This document shows, in pieces, positions 49,512 through 61,800 of a stretch of DNA of 64,000 bases. A program made the translations under genes and the position numbers. The notes under the pieces are model-generated. The model was not told where the DNA came from. It saw only the letters and a list, made by a program, of their open reading frames with translations, and ran no database searches. The DNA comes from Sedimentisphaerales bacterium (GTDB lineage: Bacteria; Planctomycetota; Phycisphaerae; Sedimentisphaerales; SM23-30). The DNA is taken from positions 64,001-128,000 of the forward strand of contig CAXXFK010000032.1 of the NCBI GenBank assembly GCA_963663965.2. The letters run 5' to 3'. Every line of letters starts with the position of its first letter. Position 1 is the stretch's first letter.

Positions 49512-51362
49512 CTATTCGGTCAGTTCTAACAAAGCCAGCTGCTTCAGCGTCAGAAAATCCTCATCGGTCGGCAACACCTTATCCGGATCATGCAAACAAT
49601 AATAATACCCCAGGGCCGCGTACTGGATCGCCAGTTCCTTCTCCTGCCGTCCCTGGTGATACCGGACTTTGTCCAGGTAATAACGTTGACGGGGTTCAAA
49701 GTAATCCATACACCAATTGACCACCTTTTCCACAACTTCCTCTTTAATTTTCCTTTCAACATCCAGCATCGTCTCTTTCTCCTCTAATGGGTCTTCTTTG
49801 ATTCCCGCCACTTCAACCGCATCCTGATAGGTATCATCTATTTTGCATGGGGCTTTGAACTCCTCGCTTGCTACTACCCGGTCTTCCTCAGCTGAATACA
49901 AACGGGGGATTACTATTATCAATCCTTCCAGATGCTTCTCTCCCGCCTGATATTTTATTGTTTCAAACCGTTCTTTCTTTTTGCTCTTTTCAGGAATATA
50001 CGGCCATCTGGTCTGATCGGCCCCATGGGTTGCCAGCATCAGATCATATTGGGGATTGGGCTCTTCATCGACTAACTTGACGACGGCCGTTTTGTCGACA
50101 ACTTTACTATTATCGCTGGTTACAAAATTCGTTACATTCCCAAAAATGGCATATTGATGATTCAGTAAAACCACCGTTTTAACTAATCCGTTCTGATTGA
50201 TATCAAATCTCGGCTTGGTCGGCTCATCAATATGAACTCCATAGGGCAAACGCTTTGTCAGGCGGGCGATAATGGAGGCAGTGATTTCCTTGCCGATATC
50301 CGATTTATCTTTGGGTGATTCAAAGTCCGCGACCCCGATTTTCACCTTCAGCAATTCTTGCATCCGGTCTTCACAAGCCACTTTAAGTTGATCGATTTCT
50401 GCGTCTTTCGAATTGATCAGATCCGCTTTGGCCGACGCGACATAAGCCAGATAATCATGAGCTTGCGCCTGTTCCTTATAGCCCAGATTTTTATAATATT
50501 CCGCCCCGTCCTTTTGTATCCGCGCGTACAGATCATCGCAATTGCCCACCTTCACCTGATGGAACAACACATAAGCGCTGTAATACTGCTTATTCTTCAG
50601 GTAGGCCTCCAGTTTGGCTCGCACCGCCTTTTCCGTCATCGCCTTTACCTTGTTCACGATGGGATCGGCGACTGTTTTCACCGGGACCGGATCTTCCGCC
50701 AGCCACTTCCCAAGGGTCTCCTGCGCCAGCGCGTATTGTGCATTATCACAATTCGACTGAATCGTTTGCATATAATGCTGATCCCTGGCCTGAATAATTC
50801 CGGTGCGTTGCTGAACCAGGCCCTGATTCTCTGTATCGATGGCTATCGCCTGGGCAATCGCCGCGTAGCCGGCCTGCCAGTTGCCTTCCGCTTTCATGGT
50901 CTGCGCCACCGTCACATACTGGTCGCGCGCCTCTTTCAGCTTAACCAGCTGACTTTCATACCGCGACAATACTGCCGCGATTTCTGCCTTGCCATTATCG
51001 TAACGAGCTTTGGTTTTCAACAGGGTAATCGCGTTCTGATGTTCCACCAGGGTTTTGCCATCTTTCATCAACCGTTCCGCCTGGGCGACGGTCGCGCCGG
51101 TAATTTTGTCCTTTATCAAATCGATCTGCAATTGGACCTTCGCTTTCTCCGCTTCGCCCGAAAACGGTGCGCCCTGAACTTCATTCAAGCAGATCGTCAG
51201 CGAGTCCACCGCCTTCTCCCATTCTTCCGCCTGGACAAACGCCTCGCCATCCAGACAGGACTGGGGCTTCTGACATCCGGTCGAAAAACTGAAAACGACC
51301 AGTCCCGCTGCCAATAAAACCAACTGCCATCGATTACGATTTTTCATAAATAAACCTCTCAA
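49512..51362 (-). CDS. helical-repeat lipoprotein with CsgG-like region
   Basis: Lipobox FSTGC; TPR-like helices; KIGVADF...AIFGNVTNF; paralog of 31947-33626. Confidence 0.75.
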   Translation of the reverse strand: MRGLFMKNRNRWQLVLLAAGLVVFSFSTGCQKPQSCLDGEAFVQAEEWEKAVDSLTICLNEVQGAPFSGEAEKAKVQLQIDLIKDKITGATVAQAERLMKDGKTLVEHQNAITLLKTKARYDNGKAEIAAVLSRYESQLVKLKEARDQYVTVAQTMKAEGNWQAGYAAIAQAIAIDTENQGLVQQRTGIIQARDQHYMQTIQSNCDNAQYALAQETLGKWLAEDPVPVKTVADPIVNKVKAMTEKAVRAKLEAYLKNKQYYSAYVLFHQVKVGNCDDLYARIQKDGAEYYKNLGYKEQAQAHDYLAYVASAKADLINSKDAEIDQLKVACEDRMQELLKVKIGVADFESPKDKSDIGKEITASIIARLTKRLPYGVHIDEPTKPRFDINQNGLVKTVVLLNHQYAIFGNVTNFVTSDNSKVVDKTAVVKLVDEEPNPQYDLMLATHGADQTRWPYIPEKSKKKERFETIKYQAGEKHLEGLIIVIPRLYSAEEDRVVASEEFKAPCKIDDTYQDAVEVAGIKEDPLEEKETMLDVERKIKEEVVEKVVNWCMDYFEPRQRYYLDKVRYHQGRQEKELAIQYAALGYYYCLHDPDKVLPTDEDFLTLKQLALLELTE

Positions 51363-51635
51363 TCATAGTATTTTCCTTGGAATCAAAAACTGTCTTATTG
51401 ATTATTGTCATTTTATTCAGAAACAATCTTACTGTTTCAATCAACGTCAAAATCAAGCCTCTGAGTCTTCTTAACGCTTATCCATCCCGATCGATCGGGA
51501 TTCGTGGTTCACTTCCTGGGTGTTTTCTGAGTGGCTTCGCTTTGTGTGAGATATTTTCTTATCGGGTGGCGGCTTGACCGCCCTGAGCTCATTCGTAGTT
51601 CTGCTATAACAACTGCTTACCGGCGTTCCTCCGCG

Positions 51636-53546
51636 TCATTCCATCTCCCTCTGACAATCCACCACCAGCACCACCCGAAATCCAAGATTGTCACTGCTGC
51701 CTTTTGCCGGCACCCCCCGCCGGGCCGCCGACCGGCACAAAAATGGCATATCGCGCCAGGAACCGCCTCGCACCACCCTGGTCGTCCCCTGCGTATTGAG
51801 CGGATCGACAGCGGTCGCGTCGCTGTAATTCCCAAAGGAATCTTCACACCATTCCGCCACATTTCCGTGCATATCGTACAGCTGCCAGCGGTTCGGTTTC
51901 AACGCCCCCACCAGACCCGGCGATTTGACTTTAAGGGGATAGCTGCACCGGCAGATCTGATGCACGCCGCTCATATTGTCATTCCCGTTATTATAGGCCG
52001 TATATCTCACCTTTTCATTGGGCTTCTCTATGGTGGCCCGGCACGCATATTCCCACTCTGCCTCGGTGGGCAATCGATAAGTCCGACCTTCCACCAGCGA
52101 CAGCTTGCTGCAAAAGGTTTTCGCCTGATCCCAGGTAATATCTACGATCGGAAAATTGGGGTCCAATTGTTTATAGGTGCTGGGGTTCGTCTCCATCAAA
52201 CGTTCCCACTGCCCCTGGGTTACCTCACAGGCGCCGATGAAAAACGATTTCGTCAGGATAACTTTATGACGGGGCCGCTCACTCTCATCATGCCCTTCCT
52301 CATTGCTGTCACTGCCTTGTAGAAAGGTCCCCGGCTGAACGTGAACCAGCTTCATCCCGATCGAATTCACATAAGTCGGCATCGAACAGATATCAAACAT
52401 AAGCGCTCGCAATTCCGCTGTCTTTTGAATCGCCCGCTCTCTTTGCTCGTTATATGGCGTTAATCGGTCCGGTTCCGCCGGCAAGGATTTCATTTTCGCG
52501 TTTAACTCACCGATCGCTTCTTCCTGAACGGCCAGAGCCAGTTCCAAATCGTTAACCGGCTGCCAGTCTGGCCGGCGGTCCATCTCAACTTCGATCTCGT
52601 CCAGACGCTGCGCTATCGCACCCAGATGACTTAAGACCGTATCCCACGGATCCCGGTTGGCAAGAATCATCTGACCGCTCGTATACCCCCGCAAGATCGG
52701 GGTCTGTTCTTTGCCATTTGCCAGACACCAATTGGCGACCCCTTCGACCACATAGCCAAACAATTCATGGACTGTCACCTTGTGATCCTTATTGCCGTCC
52801 ACCTCCATATCCGCCATTCCCGCCAACCCCTTGATCAACTCCGCCGTAAACACTCCCAGCTTTTCGGCATCATTCTCGTAGGATAACTGGCTGGCATCAC
52901 AACTGCTCATGGTCAGAAAACCGGCCTTATCGAAATTACGGCTGATATTATCCGCCGCGCTGGAACTGGCATCGGCATCCTTGCCCCCGCTGTGACAGGC
53001 ATCCAGGATTAACAGCCGCTGCTTGGCCGCACTGGTCTCCAGTAACTCTTTGACCAGCGACATGGCGATCATCTTAGTCGTGTCTTTGCCATCCGCCGCA
53101 GTATCCAGGGGTAACAGATAACCGGTATTGGTCCCATGCCCGGAATAATAGACAATCAGCAAATCATCCTTTTTCACCTTCCCGGTTATGGCAGTCAGTC
53201 GGTCCCGGATATTTGATGTTATCGGACTATTTACCCCCTCCGAATCGTCCGTCATCACAAAAACATGATCCGATTTAAATCCGACGGTTTTCAAACACTC
53301 AGCGAAATGGGTGGCATCGTTGCAGGCATATTGTAACTCAGGCACTTTCCAATTCTTATAATTCAATCCAATCACAATCGCCCAGCGATCCCCGATCGCA
53401 CCGCCATTATTATCCGGGGGCACAATCTCAAACTGCTTACCGGCTGGCGACACTCCGGACTCTTGCGCCCACACAACCAGACCTGACATCAGCACAAACA
53501 AACTGATCCACACCTTAACGGTTCTCATTTTAATCGATCCAGCCAC
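51636..53546 (-). CDS. exported caspase-like (peptidase C14) protein with FGE-sulfatase domain
   Basis: Signal peptide; WAIVIG, YYSGHG, LILDACHSG, GVFT; LPTEAEWEYACRA, LYDMHGNVAEW, RGGSW, LGFRV. Confidence 0.92.
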   Translation of the reverse strand: MAGSIKMRTVKVWISLFVLMSGLVVWAQESGVSPAGKQFEIVPPDNNGGAIGDRWAIVIGLNYKNWKVPELQYACNDATHFAECLKTVGFKSDHVFVMTDDSEGVNSPITSNIRDRLTAITGKVKKDDLLIVYYSGHGTNTGYLLPLDTAADGKDTTKMIAMSLVKELLETSAAKQRLLILDACHSGGKDADASSSAADNISRNFDKAGFLTMSSCDASQLSYENDAEKLGVFTAELIKGLAGMADMEVDGNKDHKVTVHELFGYVVEGVANWCLANGKEQTPILRGYTSGQMILANRDPWDTVLSHLGAIAQRLDEIEVEMDRRPDWQPVNDLELALAVQEEAIGELNAKMKSLPAEPDRLTPYNEQRERAIQKTAELRALMFDICSMPTYVNSIGMKLVHVQPGTFLQGSDSNEEGHDESERPRHKVILTKSFFIGACEVTQGQWERLMETNPSTYKQLDPNFPIVDITWDQAKTFCSKLSLVEGRTYRLPTEAEWEYACRATIEKPNEKVRYTAYNNGNDNMSGVHQICRCSYPLKVKSPGLVGALKPNRWQLYDMHGNVAEWCEDSFGNYSDATAVDPLNTQGTTRVVRGGSWRDMPFLCRSAARRGVPAKGSSDNLGFRVVLVVDCQREME

Positions 53547-54118
53547 CAGATCACCTCATTAATATTCGAATCCAGGCTTTCATTCCTTATTGGGCTCAGG
53601 CATTTTATCCGACAGCAATAGCCCACTGTCATAGTAAATTTTATTTAATAAATGCCGGCTGCTCCTATAGGCCTCAAAATAAAATTTTATCCTAACATCC
53701 CAACGCTTAACTTGCAAGAAAATATCCAGTTTCGATTTTTACCCGGGTTGGATGCGGTTGAAATTTTGACTTGTTTAAACTGAAAATCGTGTTAAAATAG
53801 ATGAATAGTTATCGGTTTTGGCTCAAAAGTCATTGTATAGATAGTTCTTGGCCTCGGATTGGGGATCCTTTTGGCAACCCCATATCCTGGACCCGCCTTT
53901 AATATAAATATTAAATATTATTATTGTAGCACTGCTTATTATGCTAAATAATTTATCTGGCGCTCGAAAAGAGATTATTTTGATTTACTTTGTCCCCGAT
54001 AAACTGCCCGCCTTATGCTCCCCAGGTCTTCAGGTTTGTATGCGGCTACTCACACTTAATGAGTATTTCTAATAGGCGCGCTCAACTATAAAATTTCGTC
54101 TATCAGTGAGGCATAATC

Positions 54119-57100
54119 ATGATAAAGTTTAAATCTTTTGATTTGTATTGGATCATATCTGTCTGCATTGCCTTATCCTCACTCGCATCCGGAGCCATTA
54201 TCTACGTAGATGACAATGCGCCCGGTTCCAATAACGGGACCTCCTGGGCCCACGCCTATCGCTCATTACAATCGGCCCTGAATGCGGCGACTTCGGGCGC
54301 CAATATCTGGGTAGCCGCAGGGACTTACAAACCGTCCAGTAGCGATCCGGCAGTCAGCTTCACCCTGAAAAACGGGGTCAAACTCTATGGAGGTTTCGCC
54401 GGAAACGAACCGTCGAACTACAATCTCAACCATCGCGATCTCGAGAATAATGTCAGCTTATTATACGGCTTGCTGGGGAGCAATACCTACTCCTACAATA
54501 TTGTATATGCCGGCGGATTGAGTGAAGCAACCGTATTGGATGGATTTGAGATTCAGGGCAGCGTGGCTCAAGGCAGTGCCGCCGCCCAGCAGTGCGGCGG
54601 TGGCATCTACTGCAATAACAGTTCAATGGTCATATCGAACTGCCGCTTTACCTTCAATTCGGCCCTCGATAAAGGGGGCGCCATCTACGTCAACGGCAGT
54701 AACAGTCCCAAAATCAGAAATTGCCAATTCATGTTTAATACCGGCATCAACGGCGGTGGTGCGATTTATGTCTATGGGGTAAATTCCAATCTTGAGATTG
54801 TCAACTGTGAGTTCATCTTTAATATGTCCCATCGATACGGGGCCGGACTCTACCTGTATAACAGTAGCGGCACCATTGCCAACTGCGCCTTCGGGAAAAA
54901 CCGGGAATACGACGCCGGTTATCACTCTTACGGCGGCGGCATGATGGTGCACGCCTATAATAACACCTGGTTTTACAGCATGACCATTCCGGTCAATATC
55001 ATCAACTGCTCGTTCTATGGCAACAGCACCAATACCGCAGGAGGCGTGTATGCCCAGTCCGACTATGCCGGTTTTCTGGGCTCAACCTATCTCAATTTAA
55101 ATATTCTGAATAGTATCATCTATAACAATCCCGGCGGTGAAATCGCCCAGGTCCAGAATGGCGCCGGAGGAATCACCCTCAATGTGCAATGCTGTGATGT
55201 CAAGGGAGGCTATAGCGGATTGGGAAATTTCGATACCAATCCCCAATTTATCGATACCTATTCGGATGATAGCGACTATGAACTCGATTTACGCTTGAAA
55301 TACTATTCACCCTGTCTGGACCGGGGCGATAATGCCTATGTACTCTCCGGTTACAACGATACCGATCCCGATGGCCACAATCGGATACTGGATGCCAACC
55401 GTGATGGTCTGGCGGCTGTGGATATCGGCGCCTATGAATATGTCGATGGCGGTCCCAGAACCATTTTTGTCAACGCCTCGGCCGCCGGCGGCGATGGATT
55501 GAGCTGGCCCCAGGCATTTCGTTATCTCCAGGATGCCCTGGGAGCGGCCCTGCCTGGTGATACTGTCTGGATCGCCAAAGGCAGTTACCAGACAGATCGG
55601 GGCAATGGCATATCCGCCGGTGACCGAAACAGTAATTTCCTCCTGAAAAATAATGTCAAATTATACGGCGGCTTCGCCGGTTATGAAGATCCCGCCACCT
55701 TCGATCTGAACGCTCGTGATTTCACTACTAATGATACCCGGTTGCATGGCAATATCGGCTCCTCAGCGGTATCGGATAATGCCTATCATGTGCTTCAGGT
55801 TGCCGCCAACGCCCAGGCGGTGGTCGTGGACGGCTTTGAAATTGCCGGCGGTAACAGTTCCAGCGCCTCCAGTCCCGGCGACCGGGGAGGCGGTATTTTA
55901 ATCAACAGCAATGCCAGAGTCGATATTCACAACTGTATTTTTGTCTCCAACCAGGCCGACCGCGACGGAGGCGCCCTGTATAGTTATTCCGGCGCCCTGC
56001 TCGATATCCGCAACTGCGTATTCGAAAATAATTACGCCCATAATTACAGCGGCGGCGCGATCTATGTCAATACCATCAACAGCGCGTCATTAATTCTGGG
56101 CTGTATCTTCAACGATAATCAGGTCGGCGGCTCATCCTACGGTGGAGCCGCCATCACCAACGCCTCAGCCAGTTATTCAATCATTAATTGCGTATTCCTG
56201 CATAACACCGCCGGCTACCTTGGCGGCGGGATTTACAATCACATATCATCGCCAGACATCATTAATTGCACTTTCAACCTTAACCAGGCCGCCAACGGCG
56301 CATCGATCTACAATTACAATTCCTCTCCCCATATTTATAACTCCATTCTCTGGGGCAACACCGCAACCACGTCCGGTCTGGAACTGGAAAATGCCACTGG
56401 CAGTGCTCCAGTGGTCACCAGGTGTAACGTAGCCGGCGGCTATGCCGGCGAAGGCAACATCGACGCCAACCCCGGCTTCATCGGCGCCACCTACCGAATT
56501 ACCCGCAGTTCGCCCTGTGTGGATGCCGGTAACAACACCCTCATACCCGGCGACATCCTGCAGGATATCGAAGGGAATCCACGCTATATCGACGGAGACG
56601 GTGATGGCAACGCGATCATCGATATGGGAGCATTTGAAACCTCAACCCGGCTGCATCTCTTCGTTAATGACAATGCCGCCGGCAACAACGACGGCGCCAA
56701 CTGGACCGACGCCTTCACCTCGCTGGCCGACGCTCTCACCCTGGCCGAAGGCGGCGACACGGTCTGGGTAGCCGGCGGAACCTACCAGACCGATTTCATC
56801 GCCGGCGCCAATACCGGCAATAAATATCTGAGCTTTGCCATCCCCAACGGCCTCAATCTCTACGGCGGTTTCGCCGGCAATGAAGATCCGGCCGGTTTCG
56901 ACCTGTCAACACGAGATTTCGTTACCAACGAAACCATCTTAACCGGTGAAATCAACGATCTGAACAGTATCGAAGACAACGCCCTTCATGTCCTCAAAGC
57001 CGAAAACCTTTCCGCCGCAACCATGCTGGATGGCTTCACCATTACCGGCGGTTATGCCGACGACGATGAATCAGACAATCTCTGGAGTCGCGCCGAGGCG

Positions 57101-60100
57101 GTGGACTGTATTGCGCGGACTCGGCCCTGTTGATTGCCAATTGCAACTTCATCGAAAACACCGCGCTGGAAAACGGCGGCGGACTCTATTACATCGGTGA
57201 CACCATACCAACGCTGTCAAATTGCCGCTTTATTCTTAATCAGGCCCGCTGGTGAAGGCGGCGGTGCGTATTTAACCTTCCAATCCCCTCTCGCCCCGGA
57301 TATCATCAAATGTGAATTTATCGCCAACCACGCCGAAACAGCCGGCGGCGGTTTATCCCTCTTCTACAGTAACGCAAACCTGACCAACTGCCTGTTCAAA
57401 AACAACACCACCTCCGGCAACGGCGCGGGTCTCTATAACACGATCAGCTCACCAACCATTCTCAACGCCTCCTTCTATAACAACCAGGCAACCGGAACCG
57501 GCGGAGCCATATATAACGATACCTCCTCGTCCCAACCCAGCCTGCTCAATAGCATTTTCTGGGACGACAGCCCCGATGAGATCGCCGGAGCTGGCGAAGC
57601 AACCGCGCAATATTGCGACATCAAGGGCGGCTTCGACGGGCATTGGCATCATCAATAGCGATCCACAGTTCATCAGCGCCGAAAACCTGACCCTGCGCGC
57701 CGTCTCGCCCCTGTATCGATCAGGGCGTCAATGACTGGATACCCGATTCTCTCCAAACTGACCTGGCCGGCCGTCGAACGAATCCTCGACGGCAACCGCG
57801 ACAAGGTCAAAGTCCGTTGACCTGGGTGCCTACGAAAGCGATATCGTCTCATCCCTGCAACGGGAAGTATGGGTTGATGATGACTACAGCGCCGGCGGCC
57901 TCAACGATGGCCATCAATGGGGGATCGACGCCTTCGATAATATCCAGGATGGGATCAACGCGATTAATCCGGCCGATCCAACCGATTTGAATCTCTGGCC
58001 CCTGCCCGGCGTGGTCAATGTATTGCCTGGCGCCTATTACGAAAATATTCAACTGAAACGCTTTGTCCAGATTCACGGGGCCGGCGCGGACACAACGACA
58101 CTCGTCGGCCTCGGCAACAACTCAGTTATAACCGCCCAGACCGTCACAGAAACCACCATAATCCGCGGCCTGACGATCACCGGCGGCACCGGCCGCGAAA
58201 TCGATGATGGCTGGGGAACGATCACCCGCTACGGCGGCGCGGTCTTCTGTTCCAGTATCGGTTCACCGACATTCATCAACTGTGTCTTCTGCAACAACAG
58301 CGCCGATTACGGCGGCGGTATCTACACCATTTCCTCCGCGCCCAACTTTATCAACTGCACCTTCTCTGACAACAGCGCCAATGAAAAAGGAGCCGTTATC
58401 TACAGTACCCTGGGATATAAACCCACCTTCACCAACTGTATTCTCTGGGACCAGCCAACCGCCCCCGTCAAGGAAATCGAATACGACTGGTATGAAGCCG
58501 CCCCCCTCGTCACCTGTTGCGATGTCTACCTGGAAAATGCCTCCAGTTCCTATTTCGGCGCCGGCAATATCAATCAGGATCCCCAGTTCACCGACACCGG
58601 ACCGGGCGGATTCCACATAAGCAATTCATCGCCCTGTATCGATGCCGGTTATAACGGCGCCATGTTCCTGCCGGATACCGATTTCGAAGGTCAACTTCGG
58701 GTATGTGATGGCAATTTCGATCAGATCCCGGTCTGTGATATCGGTGCGGATGAATTGATACAATCGGGTTACGTACCACCTGCCCTGGTTTGGGTGGATG
58801 ATAACTGGGCCGCAACAGCCATCATCGGAGCAGACCCGGACGGTCCCGGCCCGGCCGAACGGTTTGGTTATGATTCGTTTGGCACGATCCAGGAAGCCAT
58901 CGGCGCCGTCGCTCCCGGCGGCACGGTTCGCGTTCTGGCCGGCGCTTATGATGAACGTTTATATCTGCGCTCCGGCGTTGCGGTCATCGGTGCCGGCATA
59001 GACCTCTCCATCATCGATCGCAACTACACCGATACCGGCGCCACTTTTGTCTTCACCAACGCCGACACCCGGCTGGAAGGATTCACCCTGAGCCGCTGCA
59101 AAGGATCTCTCGATGGCGGCGGGGCCATCTTTATGCTGGGCGCCGATTCCACCATCGCCAACTGCGCCCTCCGGGATAACCAGGCGGACGCTTTCGGCGG
59201 CGGCATGCGCTGCTGGTTTTCCAGCCCGCTTATCTACAATGTCGAGTTCACCCGCAACCTGACGGGATTAAACACCCAGGGCTATGGTTCCGGTCTCAGT
59301 TGCCGCGAATCAACCGCCATGGTAGTCAATTGCATCTTCACCCGAAACGAAAAAGGCGCCGGCGATCACGAACATTTCGGCGCCGCAATTTACAGCGAAC
59401 TCTCCACCTGCACCATCCTGAACGGCACATTCTACCGCAACACAGCCAATTCCGGCGGCGGCTCGGTCTATAGCGGCCTGGAATCAGACCTGACCATCAC
59501 CAACTCTATTCTCTGGCGGAATCTGCCTGATGAAATTGTCAGTTCATCGGAGAAAACTACCGTCTCATACAGCAATGTCTATCAAACTGCCGGCCTCTAT
59601 CCCGGCGACGGAAACATCAATGCCGATCCCTTGTATACCGACGCCAACAACGGCGATTTCCGGTTAAAGGTCGGGTCGCCCTGTATCGATACCGGTCTGG
59701 ATGCGGCGGTCCCGATCTGGCTCACCTGGGATTTCCAAGGGGATCAGCGCAAGTTTGATTATCCCGAAGTCCCCACCCCGGACCATGCCCAATCGGTCGA
59801 TATGGGCGCCGATGAATTGGTGATACACGCCCTTGATGTCACCACCGCCCCACTAACCGACTTAACCGACATCAGCGCCCTGGGCGGCGGTTCGGTTTCC
59901 AGCCCCGTTACGGTGGAGGTAACCGAACGGGGACTCTGCTTTAACACCATTGGCAATCCCACCATCGCCGACGAAACGGTAACTGCCGGCTCGGGTCTTG
60001 GCGATTTCACCGCCCCACTCGACACCCTCACCCCCAATACCACCTATTATGTCAAGGCCTACGCCATTCAGTCGGACCTGGTCTTCTATGGTGAATCGAT

Positions 60101-61667
60101 CACATTCAAAACACATGGCCCCCCGCTCATCACCACCGACGAAGTCACCGATATCGACGCTACCCAGGCCCTCTGCACCGCCACGATCACGGATGAAAAC
60201 GGAGCCGCCATCAGCGAACGCGGCATCTGCTGGAACCTCTCCGGCGATCCGGATATCAACGATAACATTATTTTCGACCAGACCGACACCGCCCGGTTCA
60301 GCTGCCACATAACCGGCCTCGATCCCAATACTACCTGTTATGTCCGCGGATGGGCCTCAAATGCCTGCGGAACCGGCTACGGGACCATCCTGGAATTCAC
60401 AACCTCAGAATTTCCCACTACCGTCTGGGTGGATGATGACTTCTCCCCCGACCCGGCCGACAACGACGGCCATACCTGGCAGTTTGATGCCTTCAATAAT
60501 ATCCAGCAGGCCATCAGTGCCGTCAATAAACCCGGCGGCGCCGTTCATATCAATCCGGGCGTCTATTACGAGAATATTCTTCTAACCAACGATGAATCCC
60601 TGCTTTACAACGACCTCCAGTTAATCGGCGCCGGCCCGCACAATACCATCATCGACGGCGGCTGCAACAACCCCGTTTTGACGTTACAAGCCGTATCCTC
60701 CTGCACCATCCAGGGCCTCACCCTCCGCAACGGCAGCGGCCGCAGCCTCCAGGATAACCCCGATCTCGCCGAAGAAACCTACGGCGGCGGTCTCTTCCTG
60801 GCCACCAGTTCTCCTGTTGTTCTCGACTGTATCTTCGAACAGAACTCCGCCACTGTTCACGGCGGCGCGATTTTTGGTTTCCTGGGCTCCTACCCCTTTA
60901 TCAACCGCTGCATCTTCCGGCACAACACCGCCGGACTCTATGGCGGCGCGATCTGTAATTATGCCGCCATTGTCACCGGAGATCAGGCCCCCGAAATCAG
61001 CAATTGCCTCTTTACCGACAATCAGGCCGTGTTCGGCGGCGCCATTGCCAATGATAATTCTTATTTCGTCACGATCAACTCCTGCACCTTCACCAGCAAC
61101 CATGTCGTGCCATTGCCCGGCGTCTATGAAAACAACACCGGCGGCGCGCTCTTCAATGCCGCTTCCCTGGTAAATCTCTACAACAGCATCATCTGGGCCA
61201 ACGACCCCAACCAGATCGAAAGCGCTGCCGGCAGTATCACGACCGTCCAATATTGCGATGTCCAGGGTGGCTACGGAACCACCGAAGATCACAACATCGA
61301 TCTCGATCCCCAGTTCACCAGTCTCGACTCCCTCCAGCCGGCCCCCGGCTCGCCGGTTATCGACGCCGGCAATAACGACCTGATCCCGGACAATATCACC
61401 ACCGACCTGACCGGCTACGACCGGATCGCCGACGGCAACTGTGACAATACCATCCTCACCGATATGGGCGCTTACGAACTCAACTTCGCCCGCTCCGGCG
61501 ACTGCGACGGCGACTGCGATATCGACCTGGCCGACTTCGACACCCTGTCCAACTCCTGGTACGATGACACCTGCAACGATTGCCCGGCCGATATCAACGA
61601 TGACCAATCCGTCGACCTGATAGACCTCTACATCCAGGCCGCCAATTGGCTGCTGGGAGTTCAATAA
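54119..61667 (+). CDS. giant (~2500 aa) exported right-handed beta-helix repeat protein (Pmp-like GGAI/FxxN, choice-of-anchor-Q-like) with FN3-like and dockerin-like C-terminus; frameshifts at ~57.1-57.9 kb
   Basis: Repeated modules (YVDDNA.G.NNG.SW..A...LQ.AL; GGAIY; SPC.D.G; D.GA.E); two L.PNTTY.V..YA FN3-like units; GDCDGDCDIDLADF...ADINDDQSVDLIDL...NWL. ORFs 54119-57133, 57134-57658 and 57987-61667 join by frame shifts. Confidence 0.8.
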
Positions 61668-61800
61668 AATAGAGACTGAATAAAGACCGCTTAAGGATTC
61701 TGCACCCGCTGCTCATGAAAATGGGAGAGTTTACCCACACGGTTTTATCTTTTAAACCATTATGCGTCAATATCAATAATTATCACACTGGGCGTATCTT

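Noticed and set aside
19272..53546. FGE domains as true formylglycine-generating enzymes
   Set aside because: They lack the catalytic two-Cys RGGS..C....C motif and are fused to kinases or caspases; more likely binding domains.
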